A stretch of 64,000 bases of DNA from Podarcis erhardii (lineage: Eukaryota), in the NCBI GenBank assembly GCA_964252035.1, contig OZ176206.1, one strand, 5' to 3'. The first letter of the stretch is position 1; the number at the start of each line of letters is the position of its first letter. The notes below the pieces were generated by a model, which was not told the origin of the DNA, did not search any database, and saw only the letters and a program-made list of their open reading frames with translations. Positions 34,967 through 48,886 of this stretch are shown piece by piece. A program made the position numbers and the translations under genes.

Positions 34967-35010
34967 ATGTAAGCTGAACAACCATTTCAGACCTTTTAGA
35001 CCCTTTTATT

Positions 35011-35322
35011 CAGGGGTCAGCAAACTTTTCAGCAGGCATCCGGTCCACTGTCCCTCAGACCTTGTGGGGGCCAGACTATATTTTGAAAAGGGGGAAAAAG
35101 GAACAAATTCCTATGCCCCACAAATAACCCAGAGATGCATTTTAAATAAAAGCATACATTCTACTCATGAAAAAACACCAGGCAGGCCCCAGAGATTCAT
35201 TTTAAATAAAAGGACACATTCTACTCATGTAAAAACACGCTGATTCCCGGACCGTCTGTGGGCCGGATTGAGGAGGCGATTGGGCTGGATCCGGCCCCCG
35301 GGCCTTAGTTTGCTTACCCATG
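35011..35322 (+). mobile_element. hAT MITE, same family as 25008-25340
   Basis: CAGGGGTCAGCAAACT / AGTTTGCTTACCCATG; TSD cttttatt/cctttatt (7 of 8). Confidence 0.9.
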
Positions 35323-36630
35323 CCTTTATTCCTAATCTGATGCCTATGTTTTAGTTTGTGTGTTTAGTTTCACTGCATATAGTTTAGCTTCACTGTATTT
35401 GTTTATTTGCTGAATTGGGGGAAGAGCAGGATATAAGTAGAATAAATAAATACCTAAATCTGTTCCTTCCTCTGTCCTCCTCCGTCTGCTCTCTGTCTTC
35501 TTTTCCTCTCCAAAAGGTGGTTGTGGGCCACTGCCCATGTGGCTCACAATAGTGATCCACCAGCAAAAGACCAAGATTCTACAGCCCAGGTTGTGGCTGT
35601 TTACTGTAATTCTTTGCCCTGCATTGGAATAAGAAGAGCAACTAGCAATGAGGGGGTGAATCAGAAATGTGTCATGAGTAAACCTGAGGATACCATCAGT
35701 GTTTCTGATTTTTCACATTTTTGCTTACTATTCATAGAAACATTCTAGTTGCCAGAATTACAAGTGAGCCAACTCAGCGCTCTTGGCTTTCCAAATTATT
35801 ACTATGAAATATGAAAGACTTCAGTGAACGCTTGAAAAATATTGGACAATGTATGGCCTTGATACTTACAATTACAGAAAGACCAGCATATTTGGCTTCT
35901 TCTTAGTGTCTTAATGTTTGATCCTTGAGCAGTTTTTACCATGATGCTTTCAAATGTTAAGGAGTCTAGAAACTTTATTTTTATGCTGGATTTGTTTCAC
36001 ATTGGGCCTATAAAGGGAACCATTGTTTTATCTCTTGCTCTAGTAAGTGTGGTCAAACGTTTTATCCTGTTATGTCTTGCCTAAATTCTAATGCAACCCC
36101 GATTTGAGTCTAACTCACTGAAAATTCAGCTATGTGTACTGAAAGGAATACATCCATTGTAGTACGTAGTATTTGTACCATGAATTGTGAAATCTTGGTC
36201 TCTTATGCAAGGTTTGCCATTATTACTATATTTATTCTTAAACGCCCCTTTCCTGATGATATGTGATTTGGTGTTCCTCATGCTCTATTTGTTTGTGTAA
36301 TCCAATTGGCCATCATAATCTTTTTGGCATAATGTGCCATGGTTATATTACAAGAAGGGAATAATGCCCTGCTTGTAGGCAAAGGGAAGAGGTTGCTTAT
36401 ATGAAAGGGTGAGTGTGTGTGTGTACATATCTCTTGCATACTAAGTTCAACAGATTACTTGAAAGCTAAAAGATCTTGCTTTTTAAGTGTGCGTATTGAT
36501 GCTGCTTTGAAACAGGGCACAGATCTTGTCAAATGTGCTCTCGTAACCATGTTGCATATTGAACTGGTGCATTCTTCTATAATACTTAATTACTAATTAT
36601 TTGTTTCCCTCGCTTGATGTATTTTAACAG

Positions 36631-36747
36631 AGTTCGCTGGCAGAGACACTAGATAGCAGCGGAAGCTTGGACGCCCAAAGAACGGACATGATATACACAA
36701 TTGAAGATGTTCCTCCCTGGTACCTCTGCATATTCTTGGGATTACAG
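36631..36747 (+). CDS. SLC23A2: SVCT2 coding exon 3 ([39 protein letters not shown])
   Basis: Acceptor attttaacAG; donor CAG|GTACAC; 117 nt, phase 0/0. Confidence 0.97.
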
Positions 36748-37599
36748 GTACACATTGTGAGAAAAATATGGTGCTCTTGTTATTCCTACTGTGCTATATT
36801 TAATATTTTAAGTATTACTCAGCAGGAAAAAAAGCCTTAACTAATGCAGGCAAGAACTGATGTTGGCTTACAGACGGTTTTCTCTTTGGTCCTAGTTCTC
36901 TGAATTTTAATTGCTGAAGCTGGGAAGGTGAGAAGCCAGCTCTTCTTTCACAGTACTTCAATGCAACAGTAGCATATTGGTACACTGGAGAGGGCAAAAG
37001 TATTTTTGGAGCCTCTGGAAATGTTTGTCCTACTGCTTATATAGGCAGTTCTTTACCCCAAAATTCCACATTGATTTGCCCCATTGCTAGGTGCACTTGG
37101 CATATTAATTTGGGAATTCTAAATACAACCCATAATCTTGTACTGCTGTTCTACCAATGGGTGATCCTGGGAATTTTGGTACTGTAATCTGCACAGTCTT
37201 GTAGCCAAAATGAGGTATTTTAGAAGCAGAGGTGGCTCCACTAGGAGTCAAAATGAGGTGGCTACCTCAGGCAGCAGGTCTTAAGATGTATTTAAGAGAT
37301 ACAGACCTGACCAAAGAACAGAACAAGCCCTATTGAAACAAATGGAAGCTTTGGAAGGTCATAGTAATGCTTTTGCAAAGTTTCCATTCAAGTCATTGGG
37401 TCTTGTGCAGCAGAACTTCCCATTGCTCCTGTAGCCTGGGAAAGAAGTGCCATTTTGTTTGTGTGCTGCAGGGACTATACTATCATCGATCTGGTCCTGC
37501 TGAAGGGATCCCTGTGTGTGTAGTTCAAGAGAAAAGACCCAAGGATCCTTTGCCTGCAGTTCTGTTTCCTGTCCTATGAGGAATGGTTGAAAGACCAGG

Positions 37600-37830
37600 G
37601 TAGGTGTAGTAGCCTGAAGAAGAAAAGATTAAGTTGTGGACATGACAGTATCTGAAGGACTGTCGTGTAAGGTGGAACAGCTGTGTTATCTGTTGCTCCA
37701 GAGGGCAGGACTTCCAAGCATATTCCAACTAAATCTTAGGAACTGTTTGGCAGTGATGCAGACTGCTTTGGCAGCTGGTGGACTCTCCTTCACTAGAGGC
37801 ATTTAGGCAAAGTCTGGATGGCTGTCTGTC
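37600..37830 (+). mobile_element. Degraded CR1 fragment
   Basis: gctccagagggcaggac...ggtggactctccttcactagaggcatttaggc; boundaries approximate. Confidence 0.6.
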
Positions 37831-38371
37831 ACTGACTTCTGAATTGTAGATCCTGTACTGATCAGTAGGATCACTAGGTCCTTTCAAACTGATAAGCCTG
37901 CTGGCCCACAAACTCAATTTCCCCCATGCCCAGGAGTTCTGCTCTTGGTATCAAGGCATTTCTAAAGAAATGTTCTGCTCTTGGTAGAAACGCTTTCCAG
38001 TTTGTTTTGTAAAAAAATTATTAAACTGTGCTTTTGAGTTCTTCATTTTTGCAGTGAAGGGCCATGCCCTTTGAATATATAGGAACATTTGCCATTTATT
38101 ATGTAGTAAGACTTTGGGAGTTTGTCTATTTATAACTTATACAGCACCACTGTCCTTAGAGGAAGGTTTCCCAGAATCTTGCAATCAGGCAGAAATGAAG
38201 GGTGGAGATAACAATTCATTGATTATCTCCATTACAATCTTACATATCAATCTTCAAATTATGTTCCAGATCCTGCACTTGGCAGGGAACTGAACTGGAT
38301 GACCTCCAAGATTCTGTCTGACCCATTCAATTGTATGCTTCTATATCCTTAATTTTTTTAAGAATGACTTC

Positions 38372-38714
38372 ATACCCTCCAACATTTACTCTGATGAATA
38401 TAGGGACGTCCCATTCCATAATGATAATTTTAGTATTTATACCCCAGACATCTTATTGGGTTACCCCAGCACTCTGGGCAGCTTCCAACATATACAAAAA
38501 CATAATAAATCATTCAACATTTAAAGAACATCCCTATACAGGATTGCCTTCAGATGGCTTGGGGGTTGGATAACTCCATGCCCTCCAACACTTCTTTAAT
38601 GAAAATAGGGACATCCTAAGGAAAAGTGGGACGTTCTGGGATCAAATCAGAAACCAGGATGGCACCTCTAAATCAGGGACATCCCTGGAAAACAGGGACA
38701 CTTAGAGAGTCTGA
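38372..38714. mobile_element. Degraded squamate DNA-transposon-like repeat
   Basis: Ends cataccctccaac / acttagagagtctg; internal repeat of the left end at 38577-38618; gggac repeats. Confidence 0.5.
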
Positions 38715-39382
38715 GACTTCCATAGTTTCTGTGAAGTGGTTCTGCTCCAAGTCTTTATACAGAATCAGTCTCTTAGTCTTCATACACTGTCAGCAGCTCT
38801 CCAGGGTCTTGGACAGTTCCTGTCAATGCAGCTACCTGAGATGCCAGTGGCTGATCTTTTTGCAAGCAGAGCAGGCACTTTACAACTGAGCTATGGCCCC
38901 CTCCCCAGTGTTTACCAAATCCACACTACAGAAAACAATAGTTTTCAGTAAGGTTTCTTGGTAGTATAATATATACCTGCTGATTTTATTTTACACTGGC
39001 GTTTCCTAACCCTTGGCAGGAATCTATCCCAAGTGAAGTTCTGCACCGAGACTTCATTCCTTAGGGAGTGGTGATGCTGTGCTCTCCAGATGGCTCTTAA
39101 CAACCTATTGCATTGTCATCGTCTCACTTCTAGTTTGCTTTGTGCTGCAATGCAGCACCACTTCTGCTTTGCTCTTGCCAGACGGCGTGTGTCTTCACTG
39201 TTGAGTCCTGCTTCTAGAAATTGCTTATCCATAAGCAGGTGTTAATTGATGGCTGTTCGGAAGCAATTTGGAAATATATTGCGCTTGTAAAATAATGCTC
39301 TTGAGCTAATGGTAATGGTGTAAACAAACGGAAGGCAATCATACATCATGTTTGTAAATAAAATAACCCTCTGTATTTGCAG

Positions 39383-39540
39383 CATTACCTGACGTGTTTC
39401 AGTGGCACTATAGCTGTGCCCTTCTTGCTAGCAGATGCCATGTGTGTTGGATTTGACCAGTGGGCTACTAGCCAGCTGATTGGGACCATATTCTTCTGTG
39501 TTGGAATCACAACTTTGCTGCAAACAACCTTTGGGTGCAG
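39383..39540 (+). CDS. SLC23A2: SVCT2 coding exon 4 ([53 protein letters not shown])
   Basis: Acceptor ctgtatttgcAG; donor CAG|GTAAGT; 158 nt, phase 0/2. Confidence 0.97.
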
Positions 39541-42312
39541 GTAAGTTAAGAGGATGATATTTGACTGGCTGTTAACTGTTTAGAGGTACACCTCTCCCTA
39601 TCCCAAGCAACTAGTTCAACTTTGGCCAGTGATTCAAGAATTAGTGCAGCTTAAATAAAAAAAGTAGGTCAGAAATAAGTAGCCCGCCCGAGTATACATG
39701 TTAATTTATTAAAACAATAATTAGCTATTGGAACATTTTTTAAAAAAGCATGACTGATATTTCAAATATCTGAATCATGTGAACCTGCCTTATGCCAAGT
39801 GAGATGGTTGGTCCACTGGTTTTCTCTGAAAAAACTCCTCCAGAGGCCCTTCCCATCCTTCCGGTCATTTCCTGAGAGATGCTACTAACGATAGAGCATG
39901 GAGCCTTCTGCTTGCAAACATGCGCTTTGCCTCTGAACCAGGGCAAAGGGCCCTCATCCAGTTGCACGCATTTGTGGCATATTAGCAATCCAAAATGGGG
40001 ACCAAAAGCAACAGCAACTGACCTCTTTTCTGTCTAAAAATCACTTCTCTGCCTTGCTAACTGGGGGTGATTCCAGCTCACTGTAAGCATTGAGGGGATA
40101 AACTAGTTGATACAAGTATGGTTGTGGATAGCATGCACTGTTTTGTGGGTAGTTTTGCTCTCTGTGCCTTTCCAAAAATATATATTTAACTCCCACACCC
40201 CTCAAAAATATCCCTTGTGGTAGCAGGGAATTCTGCTCCAGTACTTCTTTCTATATATTTGTCCTAAATGTAACAAAAATTTAAAATAATATTAACAATT
40301 CATTGTATTAGGCTCTTGTTATCTCCTTCCATGGCACCTGTTCTTCCAAGTAATATCAAGTCTTGGAGTCTTTCCCTCAAAAACAAGGTATTTGGCATAA
40401 TTTACATATGAAATAGAATATTGGGTGGTAAGATAGCAGCAGCTCAGTAGGAGAGTTCAGTTAAGCCTGTTTAAATAAACGAAGATGATTGAAGAGAATC
40501 TTCCCAAAGAAAAACCTCAAGCCCTGGGCAATACAATTTCAAGTTTCTTGAATTAAAGTAGATATGATCTAGTTTCATGTCAAGTGATCCACAGAAAGAT
40601 ATCAATTGTACCAATCTAAGGGACATTTTTTTCCCTTTGTTTTTTCCTGACTTGCTCAGAATGTTCCTGCTGTTTCTTCCAAGACATGATACTATAGTTA
40701 TAGTTCCCAGAAAGGAAATCTTGCTCCTCCCTGTGAACTGACCTGCCCTGTAATTCTGACAAGCCTTAAAAGCAGTTCTTCCCTGAGCAGAGGAAGCCCA
40801 AAGGCTATAGCAACCATATGTAAAAATCTTCCTTAAAATAAGCACTAGAAGACAGAGCTCTCACTTCTGGTTTTCTCCCTGCAAAAATCAGTGCTAAGCA
40901 TGGTTAGTACGGGCCCTTTGCATTGTGATGAAGGGAAGTGAGATGGAGGGAGTGTAAGAATCTACACCACACAGCTGGTTTCCTAAGCGTGAACAGGAAA
41001 TTTGAGAATGGTACTTCTGTACCAGACTACAGTCCTTTAATCTTCCCCTTTCTCTTTAAGTCAAACTTTTCTGTATTTTGCAAGCTCAAATTCCACTGGT
41101 ACAAAAATACTTTAATGGTTTCTGGCTATTACTTCTGATTTTAAGAATCCAAGTTATTTACACCGGCATAGGTTCATCTAAAAAACTGTTAAACATCTTC
41201 ATTATTGCTCTTGCCACCTGGATGAACTCTAAATGTGCATTAGTAGAACATAAGTGAATAGATACAAGATTGTTTGTACGCTCCAGCCTTTAAAATAGTC
41301 TGTCACAGTATCTCCAGATTTTCTCTTAAACCTTTTGGATTCTCTATGTACCTCATTTTTAGAATGTTTTATGTTTGTTAATTAACAAAATGTATATACT
41401 GTTTGGTTGTAACAAAACCTGTAACAAAGTAGCACTAATTCCTTCCACCCCACCCCAAGTTATACTTGAAAGTATTTGCTGCATGCTAGCTGACAGACTT
41501 TTGACAAAGGGGTTATTGTGACTGAACTGTTTGAGAAGCAAGAAATGCACTTGTTAAGTCTGATATGTCTCACATGTCCTAAATAAATTTGCTCGGAATA
41601 AGAAGTCATGGATTCTGTAAGATGCTAAAAAGATCAGTCCTTAATCACCATAAAAAGTGAACTCATGGCTTAAATGCAATTTGATTTAGGTATGTAAAGA
41701 CATGGTCTGATTTTTATTTTTACCCCACAGAGAAGAAAGAAACCCTTTCTGGAACTAAATTCTAAACACTCAGTGATCTAACTTTTGAAGAATGTATTTA
41801 ATTGCCTACACTTAATTAGAGGGCTTTTGAAAGGGTAATGTGTACGTGAGTTAGAAGAGGAACAACTTTACCAGGGGCAGAGCACAAGAGCCAACAAAAT
41901 CCCCGTGATATTGAGTCATTCGCCCAGCGTACCTTTCTTCTATTGCAAAGAATAGTGTTCAGTTTTTGGATAGTTGTATGGGTTGCTCTTAAAAAGCAAA
42001 TGCCACAGCTTATTGCCTGTGCAAATTTGAGTTGTTTATGTGCACCTTAAAAATAATGATATTCTGCCAAAATATCTTGTATAATACAGATATTACACTT
42101 CACAAAGTTTAAGATGTTGTCACAGCACCTCTTTGTGGTCACAAATACATTGGGTTTGTATCAACAGTGTCACTCAGATGATGGTAAGGCTTCTATCAGC
42201 AGAACGGGATGGTAATCTTTTGGCTATTCCTCTTCCCCCCTTGTAGCTCCCCCTCAACCCCCCCACCAATCTGCTCTAGAACCAGAGGTTCCGTGCCAAC
42301 TTGAATAAAATA

Positions 42313-42640
42313 CAGTGGTGCCTCGCAAGACGAAATTAATCCGTTCCGTGAGGCTCTTCGTATAGCGGTTTTTTCGTCTTGCGAAGCAAGCCCATTGACA
42401 GCTTAGCGGATTAGCGCTATTAGCAGTTTAGCGGCTTTTAGTGGATCAGCTGATAAGCGGCTTAGGGTTTAGGAAAAGGGGGGGAAAAGGGGGAAAAACC
42501 CACAAGAACTCGCAAGACATTTCGTCTTGCGAAGCAAGCCCATAGGGAAATTCGTTTTGCGAAGCGCCTCCAAAATGGAAAACCGTTTCGTCTAGCGGGT
42601 TTTCCGTCTTGCGAGGCGTTCGTCTTGCGGGGCACCACTG
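42313..42640 (+). mobile_element. Tc1/mariner MITE, young CpG-rich family, copy 1
   Basis: TA-CAGTGGTGCCTCGCAAGACGAA ... TTCGTCTTGCGGGGCACCACTG-TA. Confidence 0.93.
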
Positions 42641-42873
42641 TATTGTGGGGGCCCAGATAAGGTAAAGCCCGCCTCGCATAATTGATCACATAATGCAGTG
42701 CACACACAGCATTTGAATGGGAATGCCCATCAACTTTGCGAGGGCCGAAGCCCCTATGGCCCCTAGGAGTTGGCTCCTAGGTCTAGAACCTATTTCTTCC
42801 TAGGGCATGGGGAAGAGATTGCTAACCTGCCTCACACTATAAGGACTTGGGTGGGTAGAGACATTAAAAATGA

Positions 42874-43000
42874 ATAGAATCATAGAGTTGGAAGGGATAC
42901 TGAGGATCATTTAGTCCAACCCCCTGCAATGCAGGAATATGCAGCTGTCCCTTACGGGGATCGAACAGCCAACCTTCATGTGATCAGCACCACACTGAGC
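42874..43000 (-). mobile_element. Short tRNA-headed SINE with CR1-derived tail
   Basis: Minus strand: gctcagtgtgg...gttcgatcccc head, then gcattgcagggggttggactaaatgatc...ctctatgattcta. Confidence 0.7.
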
Positions 43001-43528
43001 AATTTTGGAACAATTACTGAGACTGCCTTTTATCTGGATCTTGGAGCTCATGTAAAGGAGCCCTGCTGGACCATCTGGTGCAATTTCCTCTGACCTCTGA
43101 ACTATGCAGAGCCTGAGCATTTAGGACTTTGAATTCTACTGCATAATCAATACATGACTACAGTATGGGGAAATTATTTATTAAACTGTCCATGCCACTT
43201 TCTAGAAAAAAAAAAAAAAACTCCCAGGAGTGGATTGTATTAAAAATATTATTTACCTGTCTCTTTCATGAGAGAGCTCACTCTAATATTGCCATTTTGC
43301 TATCCCAAATAGTCCACAGATAAGCTGGGATGTGGACTCCTTCCTCACCCTCATTTATCTTATTGGTATTTAAGTCAAGATTTTGTGTAATCTGGTCAAA
43401 TGCATACTAACACATCCAAGGAGGACTTCTTCTGATTCTTATTTTCCTTAGAAAAAAAATCTGCATGAAAGTTATGACACTGCACAAAAAGTTTGAGGTA
43501 TCTCCTTTTTCTCTTTTTCTTTCTTCAG

Positions 43529-43617
43529 GTTACCTTTGTTCCAAGCCAGCGCTTTTGCATTCTTGGCTCCTGCCAGAGCTATTCTCTCTTTGGACAAATG
43601 GAGATGCAACAACACAG
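43529..43617 (+). CDS. SLC23A2: SVCT2 coding exon 5 ([30 protein letters not shown])
   Basis: Long polypyrimidine tract ending ttcttcAG; donor CAG|GTAAGC; 89 nt, phase 2/1. Confidence 0.97.
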
Positions 43618-44067
43618 GTAAGCAAAAGCAATTTCCATCTTAATCTTTCAGGTAGTTCAGAGTGGGAGATGAAACAGAGGAAAGTTGTCTCAATGCAGAT
43701 TTAATCTAGGAGGTAATATTGTCTAAAGAGTAGAAACCATATTGAATTTTGAAAATACCCAGACAAATGCGGCAAATTCCATAGCCTGTTCCCAGGGATT
43801 TGCATGCCAAACTGGGATTCACATAAGCTTGCCAGGTTACTCTAGCATGCCAGTTTGGGCTTGACTCTAGCAGGTGAGTGAGAAGAGGTCAGTTTCAAGC
43901 TGGTTACTTACTATGTGAAGACTGTCTAACATGTTTTAGCCAAAGCTTTTGATAAGGTTTTTGCTGTTCAAGTTGTTGTTATTTATTTATTTACACATTC
44001 CCCTCCCTTCTGGCTGGGTTTCCCCAGCCACTCAAGAGAGGTACCAGAATTTGTCTCACGCTAGTAC

Positions 44068-44544
44068 ACATCACCCTGCCAACAAAGGCCCGTATAGTCA
44101 AAGCTATGGTTTTCCCAGTAGTGATGTATGGAAGTGAAAGCTGGACCATAAAGAAGGCTGATTGCCGAAGAATTGATGTTTTTGAATTATGGTGCTGGAA
44201 GAGAGTCTTGAGAGTCCCATGGACTGCAGGAAGATCAAACCTATTCATTCTGAAGGAAATCAACCCTGAGTGCTCACTGGAAGGACAGATCCTGAAGCTG
44301 AGGCTCCAATACTTTGGCCACCTCATGAGAAGAGAAGACTCCCTGGAAAAGACCCTGATGTTGGGAAAGATGGAGGGCACAAGGAGAAGGGGATGACAGA
44401 GGACGAGATGGTGGGACAGTGTTCTCGAAGCTACGAACATGGAGTTTGACCAAACTGTGGGAGGCAGTGGAAGACAGGAGTGCCTGGCGTGCTCTGGTCC
44501 AGGAGGTCACAAAGAGTTGGAAACGACTAAACAACAACAACAAC
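44068..44544 (+). mobile_element. BovB (RTE clade) LINE, 3' end
   Basis: Translates MVFPVVMYGSESWTIKKADCRRIDVFELWCWKRVLRVPWT...LKLRLQYFGHLMRREDSLEKTLMLGKMEGTRRRG; 3' end gagttggaaacgact plus (CAA)n tail. Confidence 0.93.
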
Positions 44545-44574
44545 TACACTCATTAAACAAGTTTTTAAAAAAGT

Positions 44575-44805
44575 GTGGGCTGCTAGTAGTGATGGCTGTA
44601 TGGATCCTGCATCTTCAGGGACTTCAGTGTCTAGATGCAATAGTGGGAGAGGAATGTTACCTTCATCTCTGCATATGGGCTTCTTTTACCAGTTGCTGGA
44701 AACCACCAGAGGGGAGATTGCTCTTGTGCTTGAATCCTCTTGTGCCCAAATCCAGCTTGCTGGTTTCCCATGGGCATCTGGTTGGCCACTTATGTTACTA
44801 ATGTT
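44575..44805 (+). mobile_element. Degraded CR1 3'UTR
   Basis: ggctgctagtagtgatggct...gcttgctggtttcccatgggcatctggttggccact. Confidence 0.6.
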
Positions 44806-45519
44806 GAATTCAATTGGCTACTATGGGAATTGGCATGGAATGATCCAGCAGGGCTCCTCTTGTGAACATGCAACTCCCTCCCCATTTGCATGGGGGAGTT
44901 CTGCCCCCACCCTGACCCCTTTCTGGTGCCGAAAATGGCACACATGTGCGTGGTCCTATGCATACCAAATGCACACAATTGTGGAGTTGCCTGTATTCTT
45001 CTGTATACTTAAGTATAATGGTGTATGTATGACCTGTTTCACACAGCTGCCTAAATCTCCTCCTGTGGGTCTTCCCAAGCAATCTGAAAATATGTTGATG
45101 TATCTGTCTCTGCTCTTCTCTCTTCATGTGTCTTGAACCCCTGGCCACCAGTCCCGCTGGTGTATACAGTCCCAAGGGCAAATGTTAGTAGTCCCAACAG
45201 GTCAGGAAACACTGTCCATGTTCAATACTGAAAGCCAAGTCCATAGTCCAACAGTCAGGCCAGTCGGCCTCTGCAGCCGTTCCAAGGGGTTCAGTCCTGT
45301 GAAGCTCTTAGGACAACCAAGCTGTGGTCATTCAACATGAGAAGTTGAGCAGACACAGCACCTCAGCTCTGCTTCTCTTCTATCCCTTGAATCTTGATCG
45401 CAGCATCTGGGATTGATAAGGCAGGTGACCCCCACCTGTCCTGAGCCTAATCCACTGACACACCTCCTCCTAGGTCAGCTAGTGAGCTGGGCTGGGGAGT
45501 CTAGCCTGCCCCAGCCTCC

Positions 45520-45960
45520 TAGAGACCCATGTACCTACAGGACCGCCTCTCCTGGTATGCCCCGTGGAGGACCTTAAGGTCCACAAATGACAACATTTTG
45601 GAGTTCCCAAGTCGCAAGGTGGGTAGATTGGTCTCAACTAGGGCCAGGGCCTTTTCATTGCTGGCCCCAACTTAGTGGAATGCTTTGTCACAAGAAACTA
45701 GGGCCCTGCAGGACTTGACATCTTTCCGCAGGGCCTGCAAGACAGAGCTGTTCCGCCTGGCCTTTGGTTTGGACTCAGCCTGACCCTTATGTTTCCCTCC
45801 CCTTATGGTTTTGATCTATGGGCTACTTTTAAAATGAGGCTGCATTTTAAATTGGTTCTCTACCCCCCCCCTCCAATTATGTTTTTACTGTAATTTTACA
45901 GTAAAACCGCCCTGAGCCCAGCTCTGGCCAGGGAGGGCGGGGTATAAATAATAATTATTA
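45520..45960 (+). mobile_element. L2-clade LINE, 3' end
   Basis: Near-identical in part to 54390-54630; ends ccgccctgagcc...gggagggcggggtataaataat. Confidence 0.85.
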
Positions 45961-48886
45961 TTATTACAAGAGCATCTACGCCTCAGAGTCTGACATGTTC
46001 ATGGAGACGGGGGGCCCCTCTGGCTGTGGTGATGGGTCCTGCTCCTCTGATACCTGTGCACTGACCCTCATCCCCTCACCATCCCCCCGCCCCGTGTGTG
46101 TTTGTGAAAAGAAGCTAGCCTTAAAAAGTACAGTTTGAACTTGGCTTTTTCTACTAACTATAGTTGAGCATAACTGCAGTTTATCCTGGTCTGGATGTCA
46201 CAAACAAGCTGTGGTTTGTCTAAAAAAGAGTAGTAGAACCCAAACTCCACATGGCCATGCCAGAGGAGGAGGAGGAGGTAGTGTGTGAACCAAGTGTTTC
46301 AGTTTGTCCTTCTAATGCTAAACCATTGTTTTTGTTTCCATGGTTATGGTAAACCATTGTTTATTCACAGCAAACACTAAAGAATGAGCCTGATTTCTAC
46401 TCTGAAACCCCATTTTTTATTATTCCTGCCGTGCTTATACAACATATTTATAGCATTATTTGGAGCCACAGTGTCTTGACTACATTGGCAAGTCTAAGGA
46501 AACTAGAATATGATAATTTTTTGTGATGGTGGTGTGTGTGTGTGTGTGTGTTCATTCTCCTACGTATATTCTTTCTGACAGGTCTTAACAGGGCAAACAA
46601 GTATAAAATAGCACAAAGTACTTTTGGAAATAATTGGCATGTTTACATGACTAGAGGCCAGGGCCAGATCTGTTACTTAAGACTACAGTGCAGCCAACGC
46701 TAATATTGCACTTGATGAGAAACAACTGTCCTATGAAGAAAGAGAGTAGCAACAGTGTCCACATTCTTAGCTGATTGCTTGCCTTTTCTGAAGGGGCTGC
46801 AGGTTCTTTTCCTGAGCATTTGAAAGCAGAAACCACTTTTGGATTGGCTAGAGAGAACCTACAAGTCCCAAACTGGAAACTGGTCCAGTGATTACATAGG
46901 TTTTTGTTTTTCTTTGCTGAATGTGGCACAGCCCAGCAAGGAAGCAGAATAGGAAAGCACTCTGCTACAGATTTACCAAGCCCAGATGACTCAGGGCAAC
47001 TTTGCTTTGAAGCACCTTTGGGAATCAAAATATATGCTGGGTTCCCAGGACAGCCTAAACAGATATCTTAAGAAGATTATGTGGAATCTTTTTTGAGATG
47101 GTGGCCTATCATTAGTTCCAAAGCTTGCAAAGAGTTCTTACCTCATCCTCCAAACAACAAGTACTCATGAAAAGCCATTATTGTTCCCATGTTGCAGTGA
47201 GCAATTAAGGCTGAGAGGTCTAAGGTCAGCTCTATAAGTCCATGGTTGAACTGAGATTTGAACTCACTCTACTTGACATTGCAGGAATTAGTTTTGCAGT
47301 ATGGTAGGAGGTCCTGTGACATGCGGAGGAGCCAAAGGGAGGGGCATTGTTACCACCAGTAGTTAAAAATCTCAAAAATACAGTGTGTAATACATACATT
47401 CACCAAGATTCAGGGTCCTTATTCTACAAGAGTGATTTTTGTGTTGAGTAAATGTAGTGGAACAAGAAGCACACTTTCAACTGTATCTGCAGCTGCAAGA
47501 GAGGTTGGCATATTCCCCAAGTTTGATAATTCACAAATATTCAATATGAATATGATATTTTGGGCTGGGGAGTGTTGCCTCTGTTTCCCTGATTGACTCG
47601 CCTTGGCTGTCTTCTGATCTGCAGCTTCATGCACAGTCAGGAGACACATGTCCATTCGCTGCTCAGCTGAAGTCCTAGTTCCTTCGTAGTCCTGCAAATC
47701 CTCTTTTCCAAATAGATGACAATAAAAAGGCAAACACTTCCAAATTCTAAAATAATAATCTCAAAACAAGTGTACAAAATAATATGCTTTCAATTTTGTT
47801 TGTATAATAATTGTGCTGCTTTGGTTTTTGTGTAGAAGCTCAGGCCCCACTGGGCATCAGTGACACTGAGCATATATTCTTGTGTCCTAATTGCAGGATT
47901 TTAGGTCAAATAGCCTGACTGCAGCTCTAATAGATCAGGATAGCTACATTTCTGCACGCCTCAGGGAAGAGCTGCTGTATGGAAATTAGGAATCATAAAT
48001 ATAGAACATTTTGTTTATGAAAAGAATCTTTGTTCTTTCTTCCTTGACCACTTCTAACCTTCATGAGGCGTCAGACGGGAGCTGCTATTGCGGTCTAGCC
48101 ATCCCAATTAACAGGCGACAGATCTGGAGAAATAATATGCAAAAGTCACTTTATCTGCACTCTGAATCACCCCTCTGCAGCTCTTAAGTGGACCTTTGCC
48201 TCCTTTTGTGCCAACTCTGGTTACTTGTCCATTCCTAGTTTCATCAGTCTTGAAACTGGCATTAGAGATTAGCCCTTGAGGAATGAATTCATCTAGAACA
48301 CAGCCTAAATACAGAATGAATGATTTACAAATTATGTGAGGGAACAAATAAACAACGATGGGGTGGTTTTTAAAAAGCAAAACATATAAAATGATGTCCA
48401 TAAGAAATGCTGGGGGTGGGGCAGATTGGTGGTGGTAGATCCTGTTCATTCACTAGAATGGCCAAACAGTTGGGTTAAAGCTGTAGAAGGAAATAGGAGG
48501 TTCAGCACTGCACTAACCTCAGGAGCAACTCATATGAGTGTTGCCTGTGCCAGCCTTTCTAGCCATGGCCAGTCAGATGCCAACTGATCACTGACAAGCA
48601 GATTCTGGAAGTGATGACTGTCTTACTACCCAGCATCTGGTATTCGGGGGTATCATGGTTCAGTTTCAACAGAGCAAGTTGCTAAAGTTCTGCAGTCGTC
48701 TTTCTTGGAGATTTTCATAGAAAGGTTGGACAGTTTGGGGGATGCCTTAAGCAGACTATCCTCTTTGTGTTGTAATTCTGGACTTGGGCACCTTCTTGTT
48801 TCATACAGAATTTAATGCTGGGGTGCATGGAATCGTTGTGCTTTATTTTGCCGTAATGCGAAATATTTCTTTTTTGCCTTCCTAAG

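Noticed and set aside
44573-45136. 187-aa plus-strand ORF
   Set aside because: Starts at GTG within a degraded CR1 3'UTR and runs into unique intron; no coding signature.
45828-45906. Short palindromes (9-bp and 11-bp arms) in an L2 3'UTR
   Set aside because: Short AT-rich inverted repeats inside a TE tail; chance cannot be excluded.
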